DNA of 64,000 nucleotides from the human T2T-CHM13v2.0 reference genome, Homo sapiens: NCBI RefSeq assembly GCF_009914755.1, contig NC_060926.1, one strand, 5' to 3'. Positions 14,650-31,079 of this stretch are shown here, piece by piece. Positions within the stretch are counted from its first letter, which is position 1, and each line of letters begins with the position of its first letter. Below the pieces are notes generated by a model. It did no database searches, had not been told where the DNA came from, and saw only the letters and a program-made list of their open reading frames with translations. A program made the translations under genes and the position numbers.

Positions 14650-16989
14650 GGGCTGACGAGCCCTAGAGGGTGAGCAAGTCCACTCCAGTTTACTGTTGCC
14701 CTGCAGGGCTCTGGGAGCCTGTCCAGGGTTTCCTGGGACAAGGTACTTTCTGTGCCTAAACTGGGTGAGTCCCAGGAAGCCAGCTTGGTTAGTCACCTCA
14801 AATGGGGCCCTATCTTCTTATGTTTCAAGAGAAGTCAGAAACTCTGACTTCACGTGAAATCTCCCAGTTTTTGAATGGGCATCTAATTTGACAAATTTTA
14901 AAATCCTGGGCCCCATCTGAGGGTGTCTAGCCTGCGAGTGGCCAGTGGTCACCCATTGCCTAGCATGGCAGGGCAAATTGTAAGACTCCAAAAACTGCAA
15001 ATAACAGCAACTGTGGCCATGAGCTCAGGCTGGGCAACTTGTTCTGGGGCCCTGCTTCAGCCCCATCTCTTTGGAAGCCTTCCTGGGCCCCTACTACCCA
15101 TGCTCAGCAATGCTTCTGGCTCCAGAAACTTCCAGCACTGTTTCAGATAGGGGGACTGGCATTTGCAAACTGTCTTGGAGTTGGTGACCCAGAAGGAGGG
15201 ACCCCAGACTAGAGGAAGATGAGAAGGCAGAGAGTACCAGACAGTGCCATCTAGGGAGAAGAAACAAGTCATGAATATCTGATGTAGGGATGGGACGGAC
15301 ACTAAGTGGGAAAGGCCACCCTGCTGCCCAGCCCCCACCACCGCCAGCACCACCAGGCTGGCCATCTCTTTCCCACCTTCCCCACCACCATGCACGTGGT
15401 GCCATGCACCGCTGCTCCTCACCCACTCAGACCAGCTCCAGCACCTTTGGAGGTGAGATTAGCTTCTCACACAACTTCTAAGTCTTGATCATAGCACATG
15501 CTCTGCGGTTTTGCTGATGGTGACTAACGGAGGGAATTTCAGGCTAGATCAGAAAGGAAGGTGGAACAGGGTAAAGTGGGTGAGGATGAGGCTTTCTGGT
15601 TGCTCCTCCCCAGTGTCCAGGAAGTTGCCCATCCAAGCCTCTTTCCCCTGGTGGGGCTTGCCGTGCTGTGTCTCTGGTTTGCTGGCCTGGGCAGTGCCAC
15701 ACTGCCAGGCTTTGCAGATCTGGAAGGGGAAGGAACAAGCCAAAGAGGAAGTGGCATCAAGAAGAAGATGGGAAGGGCAGTCTCCCCCTTCCCTCTTGCC
15801 AGGCCTGCAGAATTGGGGAACCCGTATAAAAGACAACATCCCTGCTGGGAGCTGCACCCTCTGCCCGGCCCGGCCCCAGGTGCCCTGATCTGCCTGCCAC
15901 GACCTGGGCAAAGCATGCTGTTCCTGCACATACTCGGGCTTTCTGAAACCTGAGAAGGCAAGGGGGGTGAGGGAGAGTCCCACACAGCCCAGGCCCAGCT
16001 GGTCAGGCTAATTTTAGGTTTTTCTCAGCCTGACTGAGGCCTACTAATCTCCACCATGCCAGAGAATGCACATGGAGCAGAGGCTGTCTTTACTCATGAT
16101 GCCCCCTCATCCCTCCAAAAAGCTCCTTTTTCTGTCCAATTTCAATTTCTCTTTGACCTGCCCCAGGCCCACCCATCCCAGGAAATCTGCCCCGACCACC
16201 ACCTCACAAAGAGAGCTCTCCCTTTCTCAGTGTGTGGGGTAACTGTGGTTGGAAACCACAGTACAGCCCTGTGTCCCCAGCCCTGGCACAGTGCTTAGCT
16301 CAAAATAAGCCCTTGGTAAGTGTGGGTGGAATGAATGAATGAGCGTTTTATTACACAGTGACAGCATGCTACATGCAGGTTAGGTCTAAAGTTAGCAAAT
16401 AAGGTTAAAAGAGTTCAGAGTTTAAATTACCCTTGAAACTCCATCAGGAAGACAGCTTATTGGGATTGACATTAGATCTCCTCAAGAAGTCCAGTACAAA
16501 TCCATTTCCTTTTGTTGAGGAGAGGGACCTGGACCGCTGGCCCAGCTCCCCAGCCCTTGGCCCAACACACGCACTTGCTCAGGAATTCCCGAGGTTTATG
16601 GGACATGCCTCCAAAAAAACATACATCTAGAACTCCTAGATGTAAGAGCCTTCCCATCGCCCATCAGCCTTCTCCAGGGACTCTGCCGCTGTTGTCATGA
16701 CAGCCAGGACAGAGTCTAGTGGAGCCTCGGGAAGTCCGACAGGCTGAGAATGAAGTCAACCAGAGGCAGAGAGGGGCCCCCACACAGAGAGTGGAAATCA
16801 GAGGCCTTTGGTGAACAGCCAAAATGACCAAGTTTTGAAGAACTCCCTGAAGTATGCCAATAACAAGAAAAAGGGGAAACTCGTCAGCTCCAGGCATCAA
16901 ATGAGACATGCCCCAGGCTAGAGCCTGAAAAGGCCAGCAGGGAAGGGGGGCTTTCTCCTCTTACCCCATTTTCCTCCCTATGTTTCAAT

Positions 16990-17300
16990 GAGTTTTTCCT
17001 ATTGTTTTATTTGAGAATTTCCAAACACATAGAAAATATGGAAAGAATAGTACAGCAAACACTCACGAGCCCTTCATCTATGTTCAGCGACTGTTTAGAT
17101 TTTGCCTTGTTCTCTGTCTACCTGTATTTGAAACATTTGAGAGTGAGTTACATAAATCACGACACAGCCCCAAATATTTCAGCTGCATCTCATAAGAATT
17201 GTCCATTCTCCTGCATAACCACAAGACCAAGTTTAAGGGTAATTGAGTTAAAAAAAAAACACCCACAACTTTTTTTTTTTTTTTTAAATAAAGAAGCTTT
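16990..17300 (-). mobile_element. Old L1 (L1M) 3' fragment
   Basis: AT-rich TTTCCAAACACATAGAAAA..GAATAGTAC.. motif typical of antisense old L1 3' ends. Confidence 0.45.
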
Positions 17301-17399
17301 GCATGACTAGAAAAATAAGGGAGGGTCAGGGATTCCAGAGAAAAATTATACCAGACCAAGCTTAGATTTGTTCTGATAAACTTCTAAACTGGGTTCTCA

Positions 17400-17804
<405 letters not shown>

Positions 17805-18059
17805 CTAAATTGGGTTCTCATTACAGAAAAACAAGTAAGCGTTCAGCTCTGCCAAACATCTATGCAAGAAGTCTGTAGATGCATATTTAACAGCAAGTCT
17901 CCAAATCATATATTTATACTTCCCAAATGATGTTTTGAGAAACTGGAGCTGTTCTATATTTATGCTTATCACATAGTAAGTGCTTAATAAGTTCAAATGC
18001 AAACTTTGTCTTTGGGGCAGTAGAAAGTCTTCAAAGCCCACCATCTGAGCCTACATGGG

Positions 18060-18402
18060 TGATATAGTTTGGTTTTGTGTCCCCACACAAATCTCATCTC
18101 GAATTATAATTCCCAGGTATTGAGGGAGGGATCTGTGATTGGATCAAGGGGGCAGTTTCCCCCATGCTATTCTCATGAGATCTGATTGCTTTATACACGT
18201 TTGGAAATTCCTCCTTCTTTTGTTCTTTTCTTTCCTGCCGTTTTGTAAAGGTGCCTGTTTCCCCTTCTGCCATGATTGTAAGTTTCCTGAGGCCTTCCCA
18301 GCTATGCAGAACTGTGAGTCATAAATTAAACCTCCTTCGTTTATAAATTACCCCGTCTCCAGTCTCGGGTAGTATCTTTGTGGCAGTGTGAATACTAATA
18401 CA
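18060..18402 (+). mobile_element. THE1 (C/D-like) MaLR solo LTR
   Basis: TGATATAGTTTGG..TGTGTCCCCAC..CAAATCTCATCT start; CCATGATTGTAAGTTTCCTGAGGCC; ..CTAATACA end. Confidence 0.88.
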
Positions 18403-18749
18403 ATGCAGCTGGCTCAAACTGAATGCGCCCTGACTCTGCCTCACAGGAATGGCCTTTAGCTAACCACAAGATGATCTCTCTGATCCCATCAAACACCTGC
18501 TCTAGCTGCTCTGAGGAGACCTCCTTAGCCACCCAAGTCCTCCCAGCTTTCCTTACATAAATCTCTAGTTCATTTGTGACCACTATCACAAATTAGCTGT
18601 TAATTTGTCCTCTATTTTTCCCTGTGGGTTAGTCTTATTTCCCTAATACTAGCCTAAGACTATCTTCCTCTCCACTGTGGCTCACAACTGGCAGCCAAAG
18701 TTTCTTGGTTGACTCCAGCCCCCTAAAGATGGGGCAGAGAATGCCAGTC

Positions 18750-18930
18750 CCTGGTGTGCCAGGAACTGAGCTAAGCACCTTCCAAATAAGGTCTCATTTA
18801 ATCTTCACAAAACTCTATTGTATGAGTACTAGCATAGCTCCTAATTTAGAGATGAGAAAATTAAGGCTCTCAGAGATTAACAGAAGTCACAACAGCCACC
18901 AAGTAGCAGAGGTGATTTGTAGTGACCTGA
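18750..18930 (-). mobile_element. MIR
   Basis: TTTAGAGATGAGAAAATTAAGGCTCTCAGAGATTAA (antisense MIR core). Confidence 0.7.
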
Positions 18931-19174
18931 ACTGGTCTCTCAGTAGACAAGTTAACAAGTAAGACAGGTTAATTTTTAACCTGGGTTAAAAATCTCAAGG
19001 CACTAAGATGCCAGACTGTAGGGCAAGGGCCCTTTGTGGTTTTCCATGCATATTGGATGGGTGGGGGCCAGGGAGAAGATGCTTCAGGCTCCCATGCGTG
19101 GAGCAGGTTACATTGGCATTCCTAGGGTTCTATTTCATGCATGAACTTTGTATCCTCCTGTGGACTCCCACAGG

Positions 19175-19800
<626 letters not shown>

Positions 19801-20635
19801 GAGAGTCTGTTTTCTATTCTAGCCTTCTCCTCGGATTTCACACAACAGGTGCTCCATAAATACTCAGTGAATCCAGGCAGGTATGAAGAAATGTAATTTG
19901 TTTCTCCTTTATCCATCCCCCTGAGCAAATGTCCAGACGGCGGAGTCCAAGGGAATGCTACGACCCACCCGTTTGTATCCCGTTAACCTTCCTGCTGCTG
20001 ACCCGGGAGCAACTGCGTGGAGTGGGCGTGTGCTCTCGGTTGCTCAGGTTGTATCCTGAGATCCTGGCATGGTCTTCCAGGGGAATATTTTTTCCACTGC
20101 AGATGACCAGAGGAAGATACCCTACATTCTTCCATAATACGGAGGACAGCTGTGTGGGTTACAGGGGAGGCCAGAAATGAAGCAGGGATGGTGGAACTCG
20201 AGACAAAGAAGAAACAAAGGACTGCCCTTAACAGATGCCTTCATTGTTTGACCGGTTCATTATCCAGAACATATGAAGGAAGGAATAAAGAGGGGATCTC
20301 AGTTCTTTTTCTCAAACGGCCAAAGAAAACCTTTTGTTGTTGTTGTTTTGAGCAAGAACCTTGTACTGGTACATGAAGAATAGATGAGAAAAGTGTGCAG
20401 TGAGTTTGAAAAATATTATTGAGATCTTGAACTTCCACCTTAGCCTGGGTTCCATTGGCTTGGGGAAATTTTAGGCTTTGTTACAGATGTTAAATTATGA
20501 AAAAAATCTAGGTACAATTCAGCTTCTATAGGAAAAAACAAACAACAACAAAAAAAACAAAAATAAAAACAAACAAAACAGGCTTGCAGGTCAGGCTATT
20601 GCCTTGAAAACAAAAGATAATTAAAGATTACTTAC

Positions 20636-20923
<288 letters not shown>

Positions 20924-20988
20924 TTACTTTATCCAAACCCCCTCCCAAGTAAGTTTTTCAAAAAAATGTGCTCTCCCTCTCCTGTGGG

Positions 20989-21450
20989 TAAGGGAGGAGA
21001 CCACCCCTCATATTGCCTTATGCCCAATTTCTGCCTCCAAAGAAAGAAAAAGTAAAAACTAAAAGGCAGAAATGAAATCCACAAGCAGTCAGCCCGGCGC
21101 CACACCCTGGTCCTCGAAGTTAAAGATCGACCCCTGACCTAATCGGTTATGTTATCTATAGATTACAGACATTGTATAGAAAAGCACTGTGAAAATCCCT
21201 GTCCTGTTTTGTTCTGATCTAATTACCGGTGCATGCAGCCCCCAGTCACGTACCCCATGCTTGCTCAATCGATCACGAGCCTCTCACGCCCACCCCCTTA
21301 GAGTTGTGAGCCCTTAAAAAGGACAGGAATTGCTCACTCAGGGAGCTCGGCTCTTGAGACAGGAGTCTTACCGATGCCCCCGGCCGAATAAACCCCTTCC
21401 CTCTTTAACTCAGTGTCTGAGGAGTTTTGTCTGTGACTTGTCCTGCTACA
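20989..21450 (+). mobile_element. LTR2 (HERV-E) solo LTR
   Basis: TAAGGGAGGAGACCACCCCTCATATTG start, AATAAA, ..GTCCTGCTACA end; flanks TGGG/CAGG. Confidence 0.88.
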
Positions 21451-23109
21451 CAGGGAAATTAGAGAAGAGCTGGTCCCTCCAGCCCTGAAAATAGTAGCCA
21501 AGACAGAGAAAGGGGGTAGGGGAAGGAAAGCAATGCCAGGTATGTCCCAGTCAGAGGGACCAATAGGATATAAACAAGGTGGAGGGTAGCAGGAACCCCT
21601 TCTCCTCCTCAACCCAGCCCACCCTATTCCCTACTCAGGCCTCTGGGAGAAGGTTGCTGAGAGGCTGCCTGCACCTGCTTGGGATGCAGCCTCATCAGCG
21701 TGTCTTGGTTAGGCAGGATGCTGCCAACAGCTGAGCTCTGCTAAGCCACCCTTAGACCTTTGGCAGCATGAGCCAGACTTTGGAGGAGCTGCAAGTCTAA
21801 ATGAGAAGCTTCCAGAGGAGTCCATTGTAGCAGGACAGTTAGGGTGTAAGCAAATTGCTAAGGTTGGAACCAAGCACAAGCTCCGGGCAGACCTCAGAGG
21901 GGTCTTCAGCCCCAGTGGGAGCTGGGGTGCAGTGAGCCGTGGTGCAACCCTGCCGAAGCATCGCCAGGGACACAGAATGGACCCCGAGGGTACAACAGCC
22001 ACAGAGTTCACCTTGCTGTACCCTTGCTCTGCAGAGCTGGCCCGGGGGAAGAGGTGCCACTTTGGCATAGGGACCAAGAAGCGTCCCAGAACAAAGCAAG
22101 CCAGACCATGGCCCCAGGCCTTTTAACCTTTGACATCATAAGAACATCTCTGATTCACTGAGACTGTTGCAGTTGAGGACTGACAGCAGGAAGGGCCTCA
22201 GAGGGAAAGTCCTTGTGAGGACTCCTCCTTGTGACAGGACTCAGAGCCGAGGCCCAACACTAGGGCTTAGAAGGTGGGGCTTAGCCTGTGGATGGGCCCA
22301 GGGAGTGGCCTTCAGACACCACAGCTGAGCATGAAAATGTAAACTGAGCATTCATGCCTCAGGAAACTGAGGGAGGGGCTCCTCTGCCATCTGTGCTAAA
22401 AGTAGAGCAGCCAGGGCCTCATCCCAACAGAGGACAAGAATCTCTTCTTCCACACAGGACCCTTCCCAACACCAACTCAGTGTGGCAGGGAAGGAGCAGA
22501 GGCAGCCAAAACCAGGAGTTGGATTGAGGGTTCCATCCGTTCCTTGTCCCCCTGGCGTTTGGAATGCTGTGCCATCTAAGATACTTGTCACCAAGTCCTG
22601 GGCCCAGCTGTCCCTCTGCTAACCAAGATCCTAGGCCAAGTGCCACCTGAGTTCTGTGGTCCAGTGTGACTGGCTGCAGAGGGGCTTGGCTGTTCAGTTA
22701 TAAGAAGAGGTTCCCACGTACATGCCCTCCTCCTGATCCTATGCTAAGCCCCAGCACAGGGATGGGAACCTGTGTGTCACCCAGCCTTAACCACTCAAAG
22801 AGGGGATGCCTATAGCTCAGGCTCTCCTTTCACTCCATTAGCATCTATCCACCTGGGTCCCTTTTCCCCAGTTAATCATGGCTGCATCCGTATCACGAAG
22901 CCTTCTGCTCTGAGGACAGCCAGCCGGGACCAGACATATATGCAGCAGGCTGTGCCTTCCTTCTATGCCTTTGTTTGTGCGGCCCTCTTTCCTCTGCCCA
23001 CCTGTATTCACCTGGCTGAGGCTCAGAGATGCAGTTTAGGCACATTGGCTGCAGAAACCTGTCTCTGAATCCTCCAGCTTCTCCAGCACCCTGCAAAGAC
23101 CTTGCTCCT

Positions 23110-23370
23110 AGTATTTCATTCATTCATTCAACAAATACTTAAGTACCTACTCTGTACCTGTCCTGGGCACTAGGGATGCCACCATGAATAAAAGAGACGA
23201 AAGGAAAAAAAAAACTCTGCCCTTATAAGACATAGATCCTACAGTATGTGGGACGGAGACTGATAATACATGAAATAAACAAGCTACATGGCATGTCAAA
23301 TTCAAAATTCTGTAACGACAAAGAAAGCAGCAAAGGGGGTGAGGCACGTGGGATGGTGGGATGGTCACGT
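23110..23370 (-). mobile_element. L2 3' fragment
   Basis: ATTCATTCATTCAACAAATACTTAAGTACCTACTCTGT (antisense L2 tail). Confidence 0.7.
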
Positions 23371-23830
23371 ATGTGTGTGCCTCTCTCACAGCTCGGCGTG
23401 CTCCTTCAGAACAAGCATGGGATTGTGTTTCTCTCTGGGTCCCCACGCCTAGCCAGGCACCCTGCTGAGTAGTCTTCTTCACTAGTGCTGCCACATACTT
23501 AACCACTTGCCCTTTACAGCCCAGAGATCCCTGGGCTGTCTGCACCTATTTCTCCCCAGAGTGCCCAACAGGTCACCAAGGAGGGAGGGTCCAAGAAGGG
23601 CAAGGCAGGGCTTGGATAGGCTCCCAGGACTAAGCAAGCAACACCTACCAGCTCAGGCCTTCTTGAAATTAATTCTGGGGGTCAAGCCAATATCATTTGT
23701 AGAGCCATAAGCCCTAAGGAAGAACCCTTCAGACAACAAATCAACGAATGCAGCATTCTAATTTTCAACAAACGTATGAATTGCAACATAGCATTAATGA
23801 CAGAGGCACTGGAAAAGAGTGCTGCCCTGA

Positions 23831-24230
<400 letters not shown>

Positions 24231-24713
24231 TAATCAGTTATACTGGAGGTGGGTATGCTCTCCTCCTTCCTGACTCAGCTTAGATAGGCAACCCTGTGTC
24301 CCAGAAGATCCCTCTACTGTGCCCACACCCCATCTGCCCATGGATTAGCCCTGACCCAAAGTGGGCCAGTCACTTTCTTCTTGGGATGTGGAAGTGAGTG
24401 CAGTTTGAGAGGCGAAGCTGCTGATGCTTGAAATCCAGCTTGTGGGTGGTGCAGTTAGGAGGTGATGTGGAGTGAAGTCAGCACCACATGTAGGGCCAAG
24501 CTCCCCTGCTGCCAAGAGGAGGCTGGGGCAAATGCAGGCAGGGAGAGGCTGTGATGCTGCAGGCCAAGAGGCAGAAAGAGAGAGACAGAGAGGGAGGCAA
24601 GAGAGAGAGTTGGAAGAGAGAAAGAGAGGCTGGGACTGGCCAGAATGTGTCCTGCCTGTGGCTGTCTCAGAGGTGCCTCATCCTCATAACAACCCTTCCT
24701 TCTTGTAACTTGA

Positions 24714-25655
<942 letters not shown>

Positions 25656-25779
25656 CCCCTGAACTAGAAAAACCACAAGATTACATGAAAAAGACATTTA
25701 AGGAAGGCCCTACCACAGATGGAAACCTAGCCTTGTCCACAATTCCAAGAAGATCCTTTAAGTTCTAAAGTAATCTGGT

Positions 25780-25948
25780 TTTGTTTTTCTTTCTGTTTTT
25801 GTTTTTAGAGAGAGTCTTGCTCTGCTACCCAGCCTGCAGTACAGTGGTGCAATTGCAGCTCACTGCAGTCTCAACCTCCTAGGCTCAAAGGATCTTCCCT
25901 CCTCAGCCTCCTGAGTAGCTGGGACTACAGGCATGCACCACCATGCCT
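25780..25948 (-). mobile_element. AluJ right-arm fragment
   Basis: GCAGCTCACTGCAGTCTCAACCTCCTAGGCTCAA..TAGCTGGGACTACAGG. Confidence 0.85.
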
Positions 25949-26009
25949 GTGACCCATAAAGTTCTTAAGCCAATGTAACTTACTCAATTATGTTGGTGTG
26001 TCACTAAAA

Positions 26010-26121
26010 GAATAAAAGAGATGAAAGAAAAAAAAAAAACCTGCCCTTATGGGACATAGATCCTACAGTATGTGGGACAGAGACTGATAAAACATGAAAT
26101 AAACAAGCTACATGGCATGTC
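26010..26121 (+). repeat. Dispersed ~112-bp copy of 23186-23297
   Basis: Shared GACATAGATCCTACAGTATGTGGGAC..CATGAAATAAACAAGCTACATGGCATGTC; ORF track shows the same peptide twice. Confidence 0.92.
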
Positions 26122-26244
26122 TTTCCCTGCAATTCCAGCAATAAAATTCCCAGGAGAGGCTGGGGAGAGAGAAACACACACCAAAGAGTAGGTAGAGACA
26201 GTGAGAGAGACAAAGAATAAAGAAGAAGGTAGGGAAGGTGGTAG

Positions 26245-26631
<387 letters not shown>

Positions 26632-27170
26632 AAAAGGTACCATTTCTAATACAGATATAACCCTAATTGACTTGGGACTTAAATTGCAAGAGAAAGAGTT
26701 CAGCACTTGATGTGTTAGGCAAAGTATCAGCTTTCAGCCCAAAGTGTTAAGGGGATTATAAGCAGGTGTGTTGGCCTGAGGAGTATCCATTCAACAGGTA
26801 TTTTTAAGCATCTACCATGTGCCTGACCTTATGCTGGGAATACACAGTGAAAAAGTACTTCATTCACAAATATTTATTGAGCATCTGCTATGTCATATAA
26901 ATTGTTCTGGGCTCTTAGGGAGTACATCTAAGAAAAAAACAGACCTAACTAAGCAGAACTTACCTTAGAGCAATACCAACAGATGGCATGCAAAGATTAG
27001 TTGGTACTTTGTAAAGTGCCCTTATGCTATCCCACTGGAACCTCAATAGGCAGAAGGTTCCAGTATTGTCATCATCTGGAATATGAATAAACCCAGAACA
27101 CAGAGATCAGCACAGGCCCCAGAGCTCAGAGAGAGTCAGAGGCTCATGGACCTCATCTTTACTTTCTTCT

Positions 27171-27360
27171 ACAAGTGGTTCTCAAATTCGAGTGTTCGCT
27201 ATAATATCCTAATGTTCTTGTAAAAATGCAGAGTACTGGGCCTGGCTCCCAGAGATTCTGACCCATTAATTCTGGGATAGGCCTGGGAATCTGTACTTTT
27301 AATATCACCCAGATGATTCAGCAGTAGAAGGTCCCCAGAGCTCCCTTTGAGAACACGCTG
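27171..27360. mobile_element. MER5A hAT fossil
   Basis: GTGGTTCTCAAA ... TTTGAGAAC inverted ends; CCCAGAGATTCTGA and GGGAATCTG motifs. Confidence 0.75.
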
Positions 27361-27619
27361 TGAGCCCATCTCCCAACCAAGAGATTTTTGTCAAAGCTCC
27401 CAAGGAAGGAGTAGGGTTGACTGCACAGTGAATGCTCACTTCCTCATGTGAAATGTACAAATTCAATTCAACTTGATCAATATTCATTTGTTCAGTCGAA
27501 TAAAAATAAAGAGCTTAGGAGGTGGCTGGTGGGGTGTAGATAGGGATGTCTACATGGAGGAATATAAACTCAGAATGCCAGGAAGTTGTCTTCAAATATC
27601 TTAAGATGGTGGGTAGCTC

Positions 27620-28950
27620 AGTTTAACTCAAACACCTTTATTAAATGCATCAACTAGGATACTTTTGGTTGTGAGCAACAGAAAACCCTATATAACTGGC
27701 TGAGCAACCAGGAGCTGCATCATGTCACCACAAGGAGGAGTCCAGAGGGGTATAGCCCCCGTGCCCCAGGCACTGTGCTAGGTAAGGGCTTGAGGTACCC
27801 AGACATGGTCTCTATGCTCAAGGACAGTCTCAGAGGAGAGAAACACATGAACAGATGCCTTGGAGTTAATGTGCTGTGATACGTGCTGTGACACAGGTGT
27901 TGCCCAGAAGAGGGGCACCCGGCTCTGCCCGAGGACAACAGGCAGGTAAAGCTTCCTGGCAGAGGTGATACCTGTGCTGGGCACTGAGGATGAGTAAGAA
28001 TGAGGCAAAGAAGAAAGGAGTGGAAGGGGGTTTCAGGCCATATGGCTTACAACTCAGAGGGATGAGGCATCACGGCGTGGCGTGGGAAGTCCCGTGCCTC
28101 TGGAGTGAGTAGATTGGGTGTCAGACTGAAGAACGAGCAGAAGCCAGGACCCGAGGGCACATAAGTCATCCTGAGGAACTTGAACTTGGTGGTCCGCCAC
28201 ATGGCAGTGTTCATGGGGCAGCTAGAGATGCAAGCCACAGTTTGCAGAGCAATTTTTTGAACCTTAGAAGCCATATAAGGGCTGAAGATATGTATTAGAG
28301 TGTTGGCAGCATAGAGGTGATAGAAATTCTAACACAGATGAGAAATGACAGGCACAGTGTGAGACAGAGAAGAACACTAAGCTGAGCGTGGGAGCCTAGG
28401 AGCAAGACTCAGGTCTCAAGACCCCGCGTCTCCACCAAGCAGTCTCAGAAGAATTGCTCGACAGGTGGGAAGAGCTCCAGGCGAGAGGCTGTCTTAGAAA
28501 TCAAGGAAGTGGAAAGTTTCCAGGAGGAGAATGTGGTTGCCATTTCAAATGCAACAAAGAGGCCCAGAAAGATAAGGACTGAAATGTATCCCGTGGGTTT
28601 GATAATCTGGAAGTCTGGAGACTTTGGTAAACAGTTACAGTGGCGTGGTAGGGACAGAACCAGGGTACTGTGGTGGGGAATGATAGAGCAACGAAGGCTA
28701 GGATTACCCAGTGAAGATGGCTCTTATAATAAGCTCAGGGCAAAAGGAAAGGAAAGAGGGAGAGGCAAGAGGGGAGTATAGGATCAAAGGAAAGTGTTTT
28801 TTGGGTGGGGAGAACTTGAGCATGTTTGTACATTGAGGGTCAGAGGGAGATAGGAGTGACTGCAGCAAGTTGTGAGCAAATTGGAGCAAGAGGGACAAAA
28901 TTGAGGCAGCGTGAGGGGCTGGACCTGACCATGAGGAGGAACACTTCGTC
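27620..28950 (-). mobile_element. Degenerate L2 fragments
   Basis: GA-rich antisense L2-like motifs (CAGGCACTGTGCTAGG; GATAAGGACTGAAA). Confidence 0.45.
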
Positions 28951-29193
28951 CTCAGAGACAAGGGTGGGTGGGTGGGTGGGTGTGACACACTGGAAAACCA
29001 GGATGGTGGGAGCCGTACAGTGTTCAGTACAGGATGATCACCAGAAAGAAATATTAATGAGAGCTTTCTGCAGATCCTGACCCTTTGTAAAGGGAGTGCA
29101 CACTAACTTTCCAATTCGCAAAGAATAGCACCCTCTTATAATCACCCCAGGGATAAGGAAGGATCAGAGTGTGAGTCAGAAAATGAGCTGCTT

Positions 29194-29576
<383 letters not shown>

Positions 29577-29691
29577 CTAGGTGATGACAAGTTCCAGGAT
29601 TTGAATGTGGTACGGAGCTGAAATGGAGCAGAGGTGAGGGTTACTGGGATTAAGATCAGAGAAATCGTGCAAGCCTAGGTTCTTGGATAGG

Positions 29692-30207
29692 TGTATCAGA
29701 TAGGAACCCAATTTTGCTGCAAGCAACAGCAACATGGCTGCAGTGGCTTAAATAAGTTTGGGATATACAGGATAAGAAGTCTAGAGTCAGACAGATGATG
29801 GTGATGGCTCAATAGCCTTTTGAGGACAAGGTGGACTCTGCTAGCCATTTCCTCATGGTTGAAAGATGGCTGTCCCTGCTCCAGCCATTGCATCTACAGT
29901 CAAGGAAGGAAGAAGGAGAAAACGATGTACCAGCTGTGTATCTCCCCTATTACCAGGAAAGCAAATGCTTGTCTAGAAAACACTCCTTCTCTCCAGCATA
30001 TTCCCACTGGGTCTTCTTGAGAGAACCGTGTCCCTTGGCCTTCCCTTGGCTGCAAGAGAGCTGAGAGAACTGGGAACGGGACTGCCATGGTAGATGAAGT
30101 CAGCACCTTCTGCTGGGCACACCGCTGCATGGAACTAAATCAGGGTCCTCGTACGAAGGCGAAAATGGGGCTGGATATTGATTAGGCCAACATGAGATCT
30201 GCTGTGA
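29692..30207 (-). mobile_element. Old MLT1 LTR
   Basis: TGTATCAG..GCTGCAAGCAACAG..AGTGGCTTAAATAAG; CCTCATGGTTGAAAGATGGCTG; GCTGCAAGAGAGCTGAGA. Confidence 0.6.
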
Positions 30208-31009
30208 TACATCCTCTGTGTGGTGAACAAAGTCTTGTCCTGCTCTAGAGCGTTGATATTCGGGCCAGTGAAGGATGGAAATAGCTGTTAGGTCCAGCTG
30301 AGGGCAGGACTGGGAAGAGGAGTGATGGGAAGGTAGTCAGAGGCCAGAGCTGAGTCCCTGGACACCAGCCTGTGTTTGTGCTGAGAGGGGAGCTCTCCGC
30401 ACGGTCTTGAGCAGCTGTGAAACAGGCAGAGCTGTCTTCGGGGAGATGGAAGAGGCAGGCCTGGCCAAACTAAGGGGCAGGTGCAGACCACAGCCACAGT
30501 TTGGGAGGCAGCAAGTGCCTGCCCAGCCTCCAGCACCCCCTTTGGGCCTCTGGGCACCTCAGAAATGTGAACTGGGCAACCCAGGCTCCGCATTCACAGG
30601 CGTAAAGTGTGGCACCCTTTGAGAAGGGGACTCAGGTCAGACTGGCCCTCCAGAAACCTCAAGACTACCACCCCCATGTCTCTTCCTTATACCCTGTGGT
30701 CCTCACCATGGTCCTCTCATTTGATCCCGGTCCTCTTGCCCAGCTATCCCCTGGCTCCTCCCACAGCATTAGGGTTCCATCCCCAGCAATGCTGGGTAAG
30801 AGCTTCCCAGGACTCCTCTCCCCTCCCCAGGGCCCTCTATTTGAGCAGAACCAGACAGGGCAACACAGGGGCAGATGATGAGCTACACAGGGCCCGCTGC
30901 TGGCTGGTTGTGAGTGGGTAAGAAAGGAGGAGGGCAAAGCTGACTCCCCACGCTAAGCCTAGGTGACCCATCCAGCAGCCTACAGCTGTGCAGTGGGACT
31001 TGGGCAGCA

Positions 31010-31079
31010 GTGATGGTTCAATAGCCTTTTGGGGACAAGGTGGCCTCTGTTAGCCATTTCCTCATGGTTTAAAGATGGC
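31010..31079 (+). repeat. Dispersed 70-bp copy of 29801-29870
   Basis: Ungapped alignment with 5 mismatches by my count. Confidence 0.9.
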
